From an uncultured Pseudomonadota bacterium (GTDB lineage: Bacteria > Myxococcota_A > Polyangia > Fen-1088): DNA of 64,000 nucleotides. Positions 43,950 to 53,213 of the stretch are shown piece after piece (the first letter of the stretch is position 1; every line of letters starts with the position of its first letter). The notes below the pieces were generated by a model. The model was not told where the DNA came from. It did not search any database and worked only from the letters and a program-made list of their open reading frames with translations. Both the position numbers and the translations under genes were made by a program. The stretch spans positions 128,001 through 192,000 of the forward strand of contig CAWKBC010000014.1 in assembly GCA_963847705.1 (NCBI GenBank), given 5' to 3'.

Positions 43950-44173
43950 TCGGATTCTGGAAAATACGTCTCCATCGTCGCTCGGAGCCGCGCCGCCTTT
44001 TCCGACGGAATCTTTCCCTTCGCGACGAGGTTTCGCTCCATTTCGTCGAGGATGTCCTTGCTCCAACGGAGCTAATAGAAGCCCGACGCGGCGGCGTGAA
44101 GCACCGTGTCCCGGAGGGTGAGCGGGTACAGGACGTTTGCGTCGATGACGACGATGAACGGAGGCGGGCCCAT
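43950..44173 (-). pseudogene. PIN-domain gene with internal stop, 3'-truncated
   Basis: FIVVIDANVLYPLTLRD..GFY*LRWSKDILDEMERNL; TAG at 44072-44074; similarity lost after YFPES. Confidence 0.75.
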
Positions 44174-44192
44174 TGGGCTGGCGCCGACTGTA

Positions 44193-44648
44193 CTACTTCA
44201 CTTCGACGTCGTAGCCGCCGAACTCCTGGCTCATCTGAGACAGCTCGCGGAGTCCGGCGCGGCGATCCTTGTCACGCTTCTCCTTGAACTTGAGGACGTC
44301 TTCGATCCGCAGTCGGCGGTGCTTTCCGGTCTTGCGGAAGGGAATTCGCTTCTCGTCGAGCAGCCGCACGAGGTACTGGCGAGACACGTTGAGCAGGTCA
44401 GCAGCCTGCTGTGTCGTCACCTCGCGACCAACGGGAACCACGGTGATCGAATCGCCGCGGGCCATGACCTCCGCCACGCGTTCGAGAACGTAGAAGACGG
44501 ACTCGGGCAGGACGATCGTTTCTCCATTCGGACCGACCAGCTTGCACCTCGGCCCTCGTCGCGACCGCGCGTGGCTCATTCCTTCCAGCGCCTTGAACAG
44601 TGCGGCCACATCCGCCTGTTGATCAGGCGGTGCGGCGACAGGAGTCAT
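44193..44648 (-). CDS. Excisionase-family HTH DNA-binding protein (PIN partner)
   Basis: TTQQAADLLNVSRQYLVRLLD..GKHRRL; start uncertain. Confidence 0.85.
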   Translation of the reverse strand: MTPVAAPPDQQADVAALFKALEGMSHARSRRGPRCKLVGPNGETIVLPESVFYVLERVAEVMARGDSITVVPVGREVTTQQAADLLNVSRQYLVRLLDEKRIPFRKTGKHRRLRIEDVLKFKEKRDKDRRAGLRELSQMSQEFGGYDVEVK

Positions 44649-44996
44649 CCGACGGATCTGGCCCTCTATCGTGCTAGCGGCAGCGGTTTTCACGACGTCG
44701 AGGTGGTTTATATTCGACACAAACGCAACATCAGACGACTCAAGCGCAACCAGGTGTTGGCGGTCCTTTGGCCACCAATCACGCCAATAACATTCGCCGT
44801 AGCTAACTAATATCATTCGTGTTTATTCCATTCAGTCCTCGTTCCAAGGTGGCACCGAAGCTGCTAAACTCAGGCACTCCCTCGGGACAATCAGTCATCC
44901 GGCGGATGACGCCGCAGCCGCTCCGGTCCCTGGACTGTAGCGGCGGTCAGAGCTGAGATGCGGGAGGAGCCTTGGGCGAGTGCGGAGCGCTGCAGG

Positions 44997-45734
44997 ATGA
45001 AGCTTCAAATCATGTCCGACTTGCACCTCGAGATGCATGCCGATGGGGGTGCGGAGTTGATTCGCGGGCTGGATCCGACGGGCGTCGACGTTCTCGTGCT
45101 GGCGGGCGACATCACGACGGCGCGGTACTACGAGAACCTCGAGAGGCCGTTCAAAGCGCTGGCCCAAAAATATCGTCACATCCTCTACATTCCGGGAAAT
45201 CACGAGTACTACAAATCGTCACCCAGCCAGGTCACGCGCAACTTGGTGAAGCTGACGAAAGCGCTGCCCGAGGTCGTGATCCCTCAGAACGGCGCTGTGG
45301 AGATCGCCGGTCAGCGATTCGTGGCTGGCACGATGTGGTTTCGTCTCGACCCGACGGCGGAGCCGGGCAAGCGCGTCATGCATGATTTCTCTCTGATCCA
45401 GGACTTCGAGCCCTGGGTGTACGAACAGAACGCAGCGTTCGAGCAAGTCGTCGCCACTCGGTTGAAAGCGAGTGACGTCGTGGTCAGCCACCATCTGCCG
45501 GCCCCGGCAAGTATCCCCGAACGGTTCGCGCGTTCGGCCATGAACGCGTTCTTCGTCTGCGACATGACAAGCTACATATCCGAGCGGCAGCCAAAACTCT
45601 GGATTCACGGACACTCTCACGACCGGTGCGACTACTTACTCGGAGCGACCCGCGTGGTGGCCAACCCACTCGGATACCCCAGTGAGCCCAGAAGCCTGGA
45701 AGCCTTTGACCCCGCGCTTCAGATAGAGGTCTGA
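44997..45734 (+). CDS. Calcineurin-like metallophosphoesterase
   Basis: SDLH, AGD, GNHE, SHH, HGHSH, NPLGY. Confidence 0.9.
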   Translation: MKLQIMSDLHLEMHADGGAELIRGLDPTGVDVLVLAGDITTARYYENLERPFKALAQKYRHILYIPGNHEYYKSSPSQVTRNLVKLTKALPEVVIPQNGAVEIAGQRFVAGTMWFRLDPTAEPGKRVMHDFSLIQDFEPWVYEQNAAFEQVVATRLKASDVVVSHHLPAPASIPERFARSAMNAFFVCDMTSYISERQPKLWIHGHSHDRCDYLLGATRVVANPLGYPSEPRSLEAFDPALQIEV

Positions 45735-45830
45735 CCTGGCCGCCAGGTCTCGTGGAATGCGCAGCGAGTCGACCATCATGGCTGAGGGTTCCGTCATGCT
45801 CGCTTGAACGGGCATGGTAGAATACACGCA

Positions 45831-46532
45831 GTGACCAAGAACCCTCATGCTGTCGCCCTCGGACGCCTCGGCGGTGCCAAGGGCGGAAGAGCCCGTGCGA
45901 GAGCCCTGACTCCTCGCCGCCGTCGAGAGATAGCCCGCCAGGCTTCAGCGGCACGCACGAGGAGTCTCTCGGCCGAGGAACGAAGGGAGCTCGCCAGCCG
46001 CGCTGCTCGAGCCCGATGGTCCACCGCGACGCCTACGGCCCCAACGGTGAGGAGCTGGCTTCGCGATCTAGGCGCGCCGCTGACTCGCGCCGCCGTCGCA
46101 AACAGGCGGGCCCCGGACCCCGAGCAGGTCGTGGTCCAAGGCCTCCGCCTGGCTCACACGGACGCGTCCGTGGCGAGGGCACTCCCCGTGATGCTCTGGG
46201 CCAATCGCGACACGCTACGGCTCGCCGATTTGGTCCGCCGTGCACGGCGAGCGAAGGAGGGAGCTACTCTCGGGTTCTTCCTGGAACTGACGTCCGAGCT
46301 TGCCGGGAGTCGGCCATTCGCCGCCGAATACGCAGATCTAAGGCGGGATCGGCCGCCTTCGAACACCTTCTTCTTCGATGGCGCCGAGAAGAGCCTGGTC
46401 GGGAAGGAGCTGGCTGCGCTCAACACGCCACCCGTCGCTCGGCGATGGCGGTTCCTGATGAACATGCCGCTCGACAGCTTCGAGACCCTCTTCCGAAAGA
46501 CCTTCCGTGCGCCACCGTCCCCAGGAACTTGA
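45831..46532 (+). CDS. Putative antitoxin/regulator with basic N-terminal GRLGGAKGG module
   Basis: KNPHAVALGRLGGAKGGRARA..; overlaps the nucleotidyltransferase gene. Confidence 0.55.
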   Translation: MTKNPHAVALGRLGGAKGGRARARALTPRRRREIARQASAARTRSLSAEERRELASRAARARWSTATPTAPTVRSWLRDLGAPLTRAAVANRRAPDPEQVVVQGLRLAHTDASVARALPVMLWANRDTLRLADLVRRARRAKEGATLGFFLELTSELAGSRPFAAEYADLRRDRPPSNTFFFDGAEKSLVGKELAALNTPPVARRWRFLMNMPLDSFETLFRKTFRAPPSPGT

Positions 46533-47079
46533 ACGCTTCGTCGAGGCAATCGATGCGGCGCTGCCCGAGCCCGCCGCGATCCTCGTCATCGGCGGTGCCG
46601 CTGCAGCGCTCGCGTACGGAGCGACCCGGCCGACCGACGACATCGACACTTTTCATCCGCTGACTCCCGTCGTCCAGAAGGCCATCGAAGCGGCGCAGCG
46701 CTCGACAGGCCTGACGATTCCTGTCTCCTTCGCGGCGGTGGCGGATGCTCCCTACGACTTCGAGGACCGATTGATCCCGATTCGTGCGCTACGACTGAAA
46801 CGGCTGACGGTCGTGGTTCCGGAGCGGCACGACCTCGTCCTGATGAAGACGCTGCGGGGCTACCAGCACGACGTCGAGGTCATCGAGCAGATTCACCGAC
46901 GACAACCCTTGGTCTTCGAGGTGCTGCGCTCGCGGTGGAAGAGCGAGATGGGCCACGCAGTGGTGGACCCTCGCCGCGCGAATCTGAACTTCGTCGAGGT
47001 CGTCGATCACCTCTTCGGTCGCGAGCGCGCGGAGGCGATTCGACGCGAGTTGGGACACAGCCGCGGACCTGAGCGATAG
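46507..47079 (+). CDS. Nucleotidyltransferase (DUF6036/AbiEii-like)
   Basis: VIGGAA..RPTDDID, DLVLMK..HD. Confidence 0.75.
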   Translation: MRHRPQELERFVEAIDAALPEPAAILVIGGAAAALAYGATRPTDDIDTFHPLTPVVQKAIEAAQRSTGLTIPVSFAAVADAPYDFEDRLIPIRALRLKRLTVVVPERHDLVLMKTLRGYQHDVEVIEQIHRRQPLVFEVLRSRWKSEMGHAVVDPRRANLNFVEVVDHLFGRERAEAIRRELGHSRGPER

Positions 47080-47204
47080 GCACGGACAACCCAAGATTGG
47101 GATGAGCGCTCCCGGGTTCCGACTTCATCGGGATACCCCGCGCTGCTCTTGGTCGCCGCTCCTCGGCGTAAGAGCCGCAGACGCAGTTACCGTATCGGCG
47201 TCAT

Positions 47205-47513
47205 CTAGACCGGAAGACGAACGATCTTCCCGCGAAGCGTGGCGACGATGTGAATCTCGCCTCCAAGCGCCTCGACATATCTCTTGATCAGGGACACCCG
47301 AGCATCCGCCCCACCCTGCCGCTCGAGCCGCGAGATTTGCGACTGGTCCATCTCGACCTTCTCGGCGATCTCTTCCTGAGTCACCCCCGCGCCTTCACGC
47401 AGGGCTCGAAGATCCTCCTCGAGGAGATCCCGGAGCGCGTCCTTGCGGATTCGCGCGACCTCTTCCGGCTTGAAGCGTTCGGCTTTGATGTCACTCCACT
47501 TGTGCGTCTTCAT
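47205..47513 (-). CDS. XRE-family HTH protein (HigA-like, no adjacent toxin)
   Basis: LRALRE..TQEEIAEKVEMDQSQISRLE..YVEALGG. Confidence 0.85.
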   Translation of the reverse strand: MKTHKWSDIKAERFKPEEVARIRKDALRDLLEEDLRALREGAGVTQEEIAEKVEMDQSQISRLERQGGADARVSLIKRYVEALGGEIHIVATLRGKIVRLPV

Positions 47514-47692
47514 TTGAATTCCTGCTCCTTCCGGACCCACTCCGGTTCTATTATGCGCCTGGATCATATGCTGTAAACGCATATCGACGTGATAGGGCGA
47601 CCGGGGCCGGAACTCTAAGAAACGTCGGCCAGCCATCGCCGAACACCCTCCCGAGCCGCTGGCCACTTTGAGCCGCGACCGGAGATGAGATA

Positions 47693-48226
47693 GTGGTCGA
47701 CGCCGTGTCGTACCTCATGGTGGACATCGAAGCGGATGGACCGATCCCGGAGCGCTACTCAATGGTGGCGATCGGGGCGGTGGTGGTCGAGCCCGGTTTG
47801 CAGCGCACGTTCTACGGGCGCCTGCGGCCGATCTCCGAGCAGTTCATCCCTACCGCCCTCGCGGTCAGCGGATTCTCGCGTGCCGATACCCTGGCGTTCC
47901 CGAATCCGGGTGACGTGATGCGCGAATTCTCCCACTGGATTGGCGAGAACACGACCGGCCGCCCGATGTTCGTCTCCGACAACAACGGCTTCGACTGGCA
48001 GTTCGTCAACTGGTACTTCCACGCGTTCCTGGGCGAGAACCCCTTCGGGCACTCGTCGACGAACCTCGGGTCGCTCTACAAGGGCCTCGTGAAGGACTTC
48101 AAAAAGAATTTCAAACACCTGCGCCGCTCTCGGCACACCCACAACCCGGTCGACGACGCGCGGGGCAACGCCGAGGCGCTCCTGCACATGAGGGACGCGC
48201 TCGGGCTGAAGATAGATCTCCGATAG
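47693..48226 (+). CDS. DEDDh 3'-5' exonuclease
   Basis: VDIEADG, FDW, HTHNPVDDA. Confidence 0.85.
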   Translation: MVDAVSYLMVDIEADGPIPERYSMVAIGAVVVEPGLQRTFYGRLRPISEQFIPTALAVSGFSRADTLAFPNPGDVMREFSHWIGENTTGRPMFVSDNNGFDWQFVNWYFHAFLGENPFGHSSTNLGSLYKGLVKDFKKNFKHLRRSRHTHNPVDDARGNAEALLHMRDALGLKIDLR

Positions 48227-48417
48227 CCGGCCCCCCAAGGCCGCTGCCCCAACCCGAAACTCGGTCCGATCAGGTCGTCGAATCCTTTGACCGCGGCCGG
48301 AAGGCAGCCCCCGATTCTCCTAGTGATTTGTCTGAAAGAGCCCGAACTCAAAACGGGATGTTGCCTTTGGATGCCGGAATTCTGTAAGATTCCATCCAGG
48401 GGAAACAGGAGGTTTCG

Positions 48418-48735
48418 ATGGAGCGAGATTGGCGCAAGAAGCTGGCTACTCTGCTGGCGTCGTTGGAGCGAATCTGGGGCCTGAAGACCCGTGTGGCCCT
48501 CGGAGCGACGGTCGCTTCGATAGTCTCGCTGGCGGCTTTACCGGCGGCGAGAGCGGAGGCAAAGACAGACTCGACGGAGATCGCGGCGACCGCCCCCCGC
48601 AAGCCCGGCAAGCTGGCTGGCAAGTTCCTCCTTCGGCAGGCTGGCGGCCGGAGCGGCAGGACGCAGGCTGAACACGGCTCTCACTCCTCGCACAGCTCTC
48701 ACTCGTCGCACCGCTCGGGAGCCTGGCTCCTCTAA
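48418..48735 (+). CDS. hxsA: His-Xaa-Ser repeat precursor (HxsA-like)
   Basis: C-terminal HGS-HSS-HSS-HSS-HRS; AGGAGG RBS; heads the rSAM operon. Confidence 0.85.
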   Translation: MERDWRKKLATLLASLERIWGLKTRVALGATVASIVSLAALPAARAEAKTDSTEIAATAPRKPGKLAGKFLLRQAGGRSGRTQAEHGSHSSHSSHSSHRSGAWLL

Positions 48736-48740
48736 CGACC

Positions 48741-49055
48741 ATGTTCGGCGAGACCGAAAGGTCCGTCGAGGGCGAGCGTCAGCTCACTGTCGAGTTGCCG
48801 CTGTACGGGCGTGAGGGACTTCTACGCGCCTGCTATGCCTTCACGGACCGCTGTTTTCTGTTCCTTCGAGACGCCGGTCCCTCGAAGGTCACGGTCGTCT
48901 TTCGTAAGCGACAGAGCCCCAAGACTCTCGAAGCCCTCGTCGAGGAATTCGCCAACGAACTCGTCGGCCAAAGCCTCCGGGCGCAGCTCGCTGCCGAGAC
49001 GAAGTCCGTGCGGGAGCTGATCGTGGCTCAGGCCTTCGCAGAATCTGACCTGTGA
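48741..49055 (+). CDS. hxsD: His-Xaa-Ser system protein HxsD
   Basis: CYAFTDR..FANELVGQSLRAQLAAET..RELIVAQAF resembles the HxsD signature; operon position. Confidence 0.75.
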   Translation: MFGETERSVEGERQLTVELPLYGREGLLRACYAFTDRCFLFLRDAGPSKVTVVFRKRQSPKTLEALVEEFANELVGQSLRAQLAAETKSVRELIVAQAFAESDL

Positions 49056-49279
49056 TCGCCCGTACCCGGACGTTCTCGGCCAGTCTGTACCCGAGATCCG
49101 CCGTTGAGGCCGCCGTGCTCGCTTTCCATGGCATCTGCGAGGTCAGCGTCGAGGACGAACTCGGAGGTATCCGCGCCACGTTCGAGCTACCGGACGGTGC
49201 CACAGAAGATGTCATCGGCGAGTTCTGCAACGTCGCCCTGATCACCGCTGTCGAGATGGAGTTCGGGACCCGTCCATGA
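49052..49279 (+). CDS. Second small HxsD-like protein
   Basis: LY..AV...EFCN pattern; overlapping start/stop codons on both sides. Confidence 0.6.
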   Translation: MIARTRTFSASLYPRSAVEAAVLAFHGICEVSVEDELGGIRATFELPDGATEDVIGEFCNVALITAVEMEFGTRP

Positions 49280-50781
49280 CGAAGCCCGTTTTCCGCGAGC
49301 CGAGTCACTTCGAGGAACGGCGGCGGCCATACACATTCCTACCGTTCAGGTACTTGGACCTGGCCGGGCAGAAGCTTCTCGTGAACGAGGTTGGCGAGCA
49401 CCTACTGGTGGCCGATTCCACGTTCGAAGCATTCGTCGGCAAGAAGCTGCAACCGGACGCAGTCGCGTACGGCGATCTAAAGGCTAAGCAAATGCTGCTG
49501 GACGGGCCTCCGGATGTCCCTATCAGGATGCTCGCCACGAAGTACCGGACGAAGCGTAGCTTCCTGTCTGGGTTTACCCGCCTCCACATCTTCGTCGTCA
49601 GTCTCCGCTGCGAGCATTCTTGCCACTACTGCCAGGTCTCTCGAGTGAGTACCGACAAGAGTCGCTACGACATGACTGTGGAGACAGCCAATCGTTCACT
49701 CGACCTCGTGTTTCGGTCGCCGGCACCCGAGCTCAGCATCGAGTTCCAGGGCGGTGAACCACTCCTCAACTTCAACTTGATCCGGCACGTAGTCGAGCAG
49801 GTAGAGCGCAGGATCGCAGTCGAGCCGAGACGGGTCCAATTCGTCATCACCACGAACCTCGCCCTTGTGACCGATGAGATCCTAGAGTTTTGCCGTCAGC
49901 ACAAAATCCTGATCTCGACGTCGCTCGACGGACCGGCATCCATCCACAACACGAATCGCCCCCGACCAGGCAACGACAGTCACGAGCTGACCGTCCGGGG
50001 TATCGAGCGCGCAAGGTCGATCCTCGGTTACGACCAGGTCTCGGCGCTGATGACGACGACGAAGCTGACGCTGGACCACCCCGAGGAGGTCGTCGACGAG
50101 TACGTTCGACTCGGTTTTGACCACATCGTCCTGCGCCCGCTCAGCCCTTACGGGTTCGCGGTCAAGACGAAGCTCAAGACCGGCTACGACACGGACGCCT
50201 ACCTTCGCTTCTATGAGAGGACGCTCGCCTACGTCATCGAGATGAATCGAGGGGGTGGGTTCTTCGTGGAAGGCTTCTCGCAGCTGCTGCTCACCAAGAT
50301 CCTCACCCCGTTCGCGACTGGATACGTCGACTTGCAGTCGCCTGCCGGTGCCGGGATCTCGGCGGCCGTCTACAACTACGATGGCGACGTCTACGTGTCC
50401 GACGAAGCCAGGATGCTGGCCGAAATGGGTGACAAGACCTTCAGGCTCGGAAGTGTCCACACCGACACCTACGAGGCCATGTTCGGTGGCGAGCTGCTGC
50501 GCACGCTTGTGGAATCGTCGTGCGTGGAGTCACTCCCGGGCTGTTCGGACTGCGCACTCCAGACTTGGTGCGGATCCGATCCCGTCGAGAACTACGCCAA
50601 GCAGGGCAACATCGTCGGGCACCGACCGACCAGCGATTTCTGCCACCGGAACATGAGCATCATCAAGCACCTGCTGCGCCTCTATCATGAGGGAGACGAT
50701 CAGCTCCGACGCATTTTCTGGTCGTGGGTGAACAACAGACCAGTCGCCGAACTGGTTCCGGGCTTGGAGGCGATAGCGTGA
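49276..50781 (+). CDS. hxsB: His-Xaa-Ser radical SAM/SPASM maturase HxsB
   Basis: CEHSCHYCQVS, EFQGGEPLL, YVDLQSPAG, SDEARML, CSDC..WCGSDP. Confidence 0.88.
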   Translation: MTKPVFREPSHFEERRRPYTFLPFRYLDLAGQKLLVNEVGEHLLVADSTFEAFVGKKLQPDAVAYGDLKAKQMLLDGPPDVPIRMLATKYRTKRSFLSGFTRLHIFVVSLRCEHSCHYCQVSRVSTDKSRYDMTVETANRSLDLVFRSPAPELSIEFQGGEPLLNFNLIRHVVEQVERRIAVEPRRVQFVITTNLALVTDEILEFCRQHKILISTSLDGPASIHNTNRPRPGNDSHELTVRGIERARSILGYDQVSALMTTTKLTLDHPEEVVDEYVRLGFDHIVLRPLSPYGFAVKTKLKTGYDTDAYLRFYERTLAYVIEMNRGGGFFVEGFSQLLLTKILTPFATGYVDLQSPAGAGISAAVYNYDGDVYVSDEARMLAEMGDKTFRLGSVHTDTYEAMFGGELLRTLVESSCVESLPGCSDCALQTWCGSDPVENYAKQGNIVGHRPTSDFCHRNMSIIKHLLRLYHEGDDQLRRIFWSWVNNRPVAELVPGLEAIA

Positions 50782-51980
50782 TCAGGCTCGTCTCCCGCGG
50801 CGTCGCGCAGGGTCAGTTCAGGGACGAGAGGCTCGGTCGGATCACGACAACGGCTATCGACCCAGACCTTCGAGCAGATCACGCCTTCCTCGTCAGGCCG
50901 GCATCGGCGACGCCAGACCTCACTGGGTATGCCGGCGTCCTGGTGCTTCCCGGCGCTGAGGTTCCGACGACGGACCTACCAGCGACGAAGGTCGGCGAGG
51001 AACTGAGCTACCTATCAGACGGCGATGTCGTCCTCATGACACCGTCGGGCCGGATAAGCGTCCTGTACCGGAAATCATCACGACACAATACGATCCTGTC
51101 GACGGAGAGGTGCAACAGCCTCTGCCTCATGTGCTCGCAGCCCCCGCAACCTGAGGACGACAGCTACAGGGTTCCCCAGATCCTGCGACTGCTGGACCTC
51201 ATCGACACCGGCTGTGTCGAACTGGGTGTTAGCGGGGGCGAGCCCCTGCTCCTGGGTGACGGCTTCTTTTCGATCGTCGAGAAGTGCAAGCGGCTGCTGC
51301 CATCGACCGCCCTTCACGTGCTCACGAACGGCCGCCTGTTCAAGGATCCGACCTTTGCGAAGCGACTCGGCGACATCGCTCACCCAGACATCATGCTCGG
51401 GATTCCCCTGTACGCGGACGTCGACACCGTCCACGACTATGTCGTGCAGGTGCAAGGCGCCTTCGATGAGACCGTCTTCGGTCTATACAACCTGGCTGAA
51501 CACGGCGTTCCCATCGAGATCCGCGTCGTCCTCCACGCCCAGACGTACCGACGTCTGCCTCAGCTGGCCGAGTACATCTATCGAAACTTCCCATTCGTCT
51601 CCCACGTCGCCCTCATGGGCCTGGAGATGTTCGGGTACACGAACATCAACCTGGCCGACCTCTGGATCGACCCCGTCGACTACCAACCCGAACTTCGGGC
51701 TGCGACGATGACTCTCGCGGAGCGCGGGCTGAACGTCTCCATCTACAATCACCAACTCTGCACGATCCCGCAGGAACTGTGGCCGTTCGCTAGGCAGTCG
51801 ATCTCCGACTGGAAGAACATCTTCGTACCCGAGTGCGAGGGCTGTTCGGCAAAGGCGATGTGCTCGGGGTTCTTCCACTCAGCAGCGAAGCGGCACAGCG
51901 CCCACATAGCGCCGCCGAAGATACCGGCAGTGCTTGCGGATCGATTGACCAGCCTGGGAGTCGAGGCGGCTCGCGGGTAG
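50778..51980 (+). CDS. hxsC: His-Xaa-Ser radical SAM maturase HxsC
   Basis: TERCNSLCLMCSQPP, SGGEP, LTNGR, SISDWKN, CEGC..CSGFF. Confidence 0.88.
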   Translation: MIRLVSRGVAQGQFRDERLGRITTTAIDPDLRADHAFLVRPASATPDLTGYAGVLVLPGAEVPTTDLPATKVGEELSYLSDGDVVLMTPSGRISVLYRKSSRHNTILSTERCNSLCLMCSQPPQPEDDSYRVPQILRLLDLIDTGCVELGVSGGEPLLLGDGFFSIVEKCKRLLPSTALHVLTNGRLFKDPTFAKRLGDIAHPDIMLGIPLYADVDTVHDYVVQVQGAFDETVFGLYNLAEHGVPIEIRVVLHAQTYRRLPQLAEYIYRNFPFVSHVALMGLEMFGYTNINLADLWIDPVDYQPELRAATMTLAERGLNVSIYNHQLCTIPQELWPFARQSISDWKNIFVPECEGCSAKAMCSGFFHSAAKRHSAHIAPPKIPAVLADRLTSLGVEAARG

Positions 51981-52085
51981 AAGATGTGCTCCTGGCGGTC
52001 ACGATGATCAACCACTCGTGCTCGATCAGCTGGTTGGCCCCCGTCGATGCAGGATCAAGCTTGATCGGTTTTTGCCTGAACCAGG

Positions 52086-53153
52086 TTACGTACGTAGGCC
52101 AGTAGGCAGTATCGGACCAGTCGGTGGAAGAACTCTGCGTACGGCAGCTTCTGTTCGGACTCGAAAACTTCGGTCCCCCCAAGTCATGCCGACCGAGGCG
52201 TCCATGTGCCAGTCTGGAAACATCGGCACGCCTGGTGACAGATACATGGGGTCGCCGTTGTGGAGGTAACCAGATCTCGCGTCATAGATTGCCGCTGCAA
52301 CGTCAGCGAGAGTTTCCGGCGTCACCTGGGTATGGGCGGGCTCGCGCGGTTCAGGATCGAAGAAGCCTTTGGAGTACTGCTCGAGGAACCCGACGAATCG
52401 GACCTTTGCCTTCCGAGTGTGAAGCAGGCCGCGAAGCTCGCCGCGCTGGTCTTCTCTTAACTGCTCCATCTTGAAGAGCTGTTCGGCGGTGAGGCCGTCG
52501 AATAGATCGCCTGGGATTGGCTGATCCTGTGCGACCGTCTCGATCGCCGATACGAGGCGGACGAAAACCATCTCGGCGTCGAGACCGATGTTTCGTAGAC
52601 CGCGAGCGTAGTGATTGGCGGCCGTGACCACGCGCTGGTGGTACCTCTCGGGAAGAGCGGAGAGGTCGTCCAGGAATGGTGGCAGCGAAAGCGTGAAATT
52701 GCGGTCGCTCAGTGAGAAAACGATCGAGTCGACCCCAGGACCGGTTTGTCCTCGAAGGGGCCAATATTCCGTCTTGAGCCGAACACCGTCATCTCCCAGA
52801 GGGGGAATCGTCGTCGATACGAGATACAAACGGGCTTGAAGAGAGAGTGAGAAGAGCGCGATCAGCTCACCGATTGGACCATCGGGGAACAGATATCCTT
52901 TCCGCGTCCCTTCTGATCGGAGAACTTCCGCGGCGGTGGGCGGCAGCCTGAGTCTCAGGGCATATTTGTACAGCCCTGCCGGATCCGGGACGAGGGTCGT
53001 ACATCGGGAGATGACAGCACCTTCTCGATAAATCATCAGACCCGGGATGAGCACTTCGGATGCGAACTCGGCCTCGAGATACTCTGCGCCACCTTGAGCA
53101 GAGGCGGCGTCTAGGGTCCGCAACCAAAGCATTCGCTTGTCTGGATCTGCCAT
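52086..53153 (-). CDS. HEPN-domain protein (ApeA-like), possible frameshift near 52165
   Basis: LVSAIE and YDARSGYLH (Rx4H); an alternative frame gives a more plausible tail, KLPYAEFFHRLVRYCLL. Confidence 0.65.
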   Translation of the reverse strand: MADPDKRMLWLRTLDAASAQGGAEYLEAEFASEVLIPGLMIYREGAVISRCTTLVPDPAGLYKYALRLRLPPTAAEVLRSEGTRKGYLFPDGPIGELIALFSLSLQARLYLVSTTIPPLGDDGVRLKTEYWPLRGQTGPGVDSIVFSLSDRNFTLSLPPFLDDLSALPERYHQRVVTAANHYARGLRNIGLDAEMVFVRLVSAIETVAQDQPIPGDLFDGLTAEQLFKMEQLREDQRGELRGLLHTRKAKVRFVGFLEQYSKGFFDPEPREPAHTQVTPETLADVAAAIYDARSGYLHNGDPMYLSPGVPMFPDWHMDASVGMTWGDRSFRVRTEAAVRRVLPPTGPILPTGLRT

Positions 53154-53213
53154 CTTGTCTCTTCGTCCGAGCGAGTAAGCGCGACCGGCTACGGCGGGCC
53201 GGCCTGCTCGCAT

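Noticed and set aside
44072-44074. Programmed TAG readthrough (pyrrolysine or recoding) in the PIN gene
   Set aside because: The gene is also truncated downstream and TAG is used as a normal stop elsewhere in the window; simple decay is more parsimonious.
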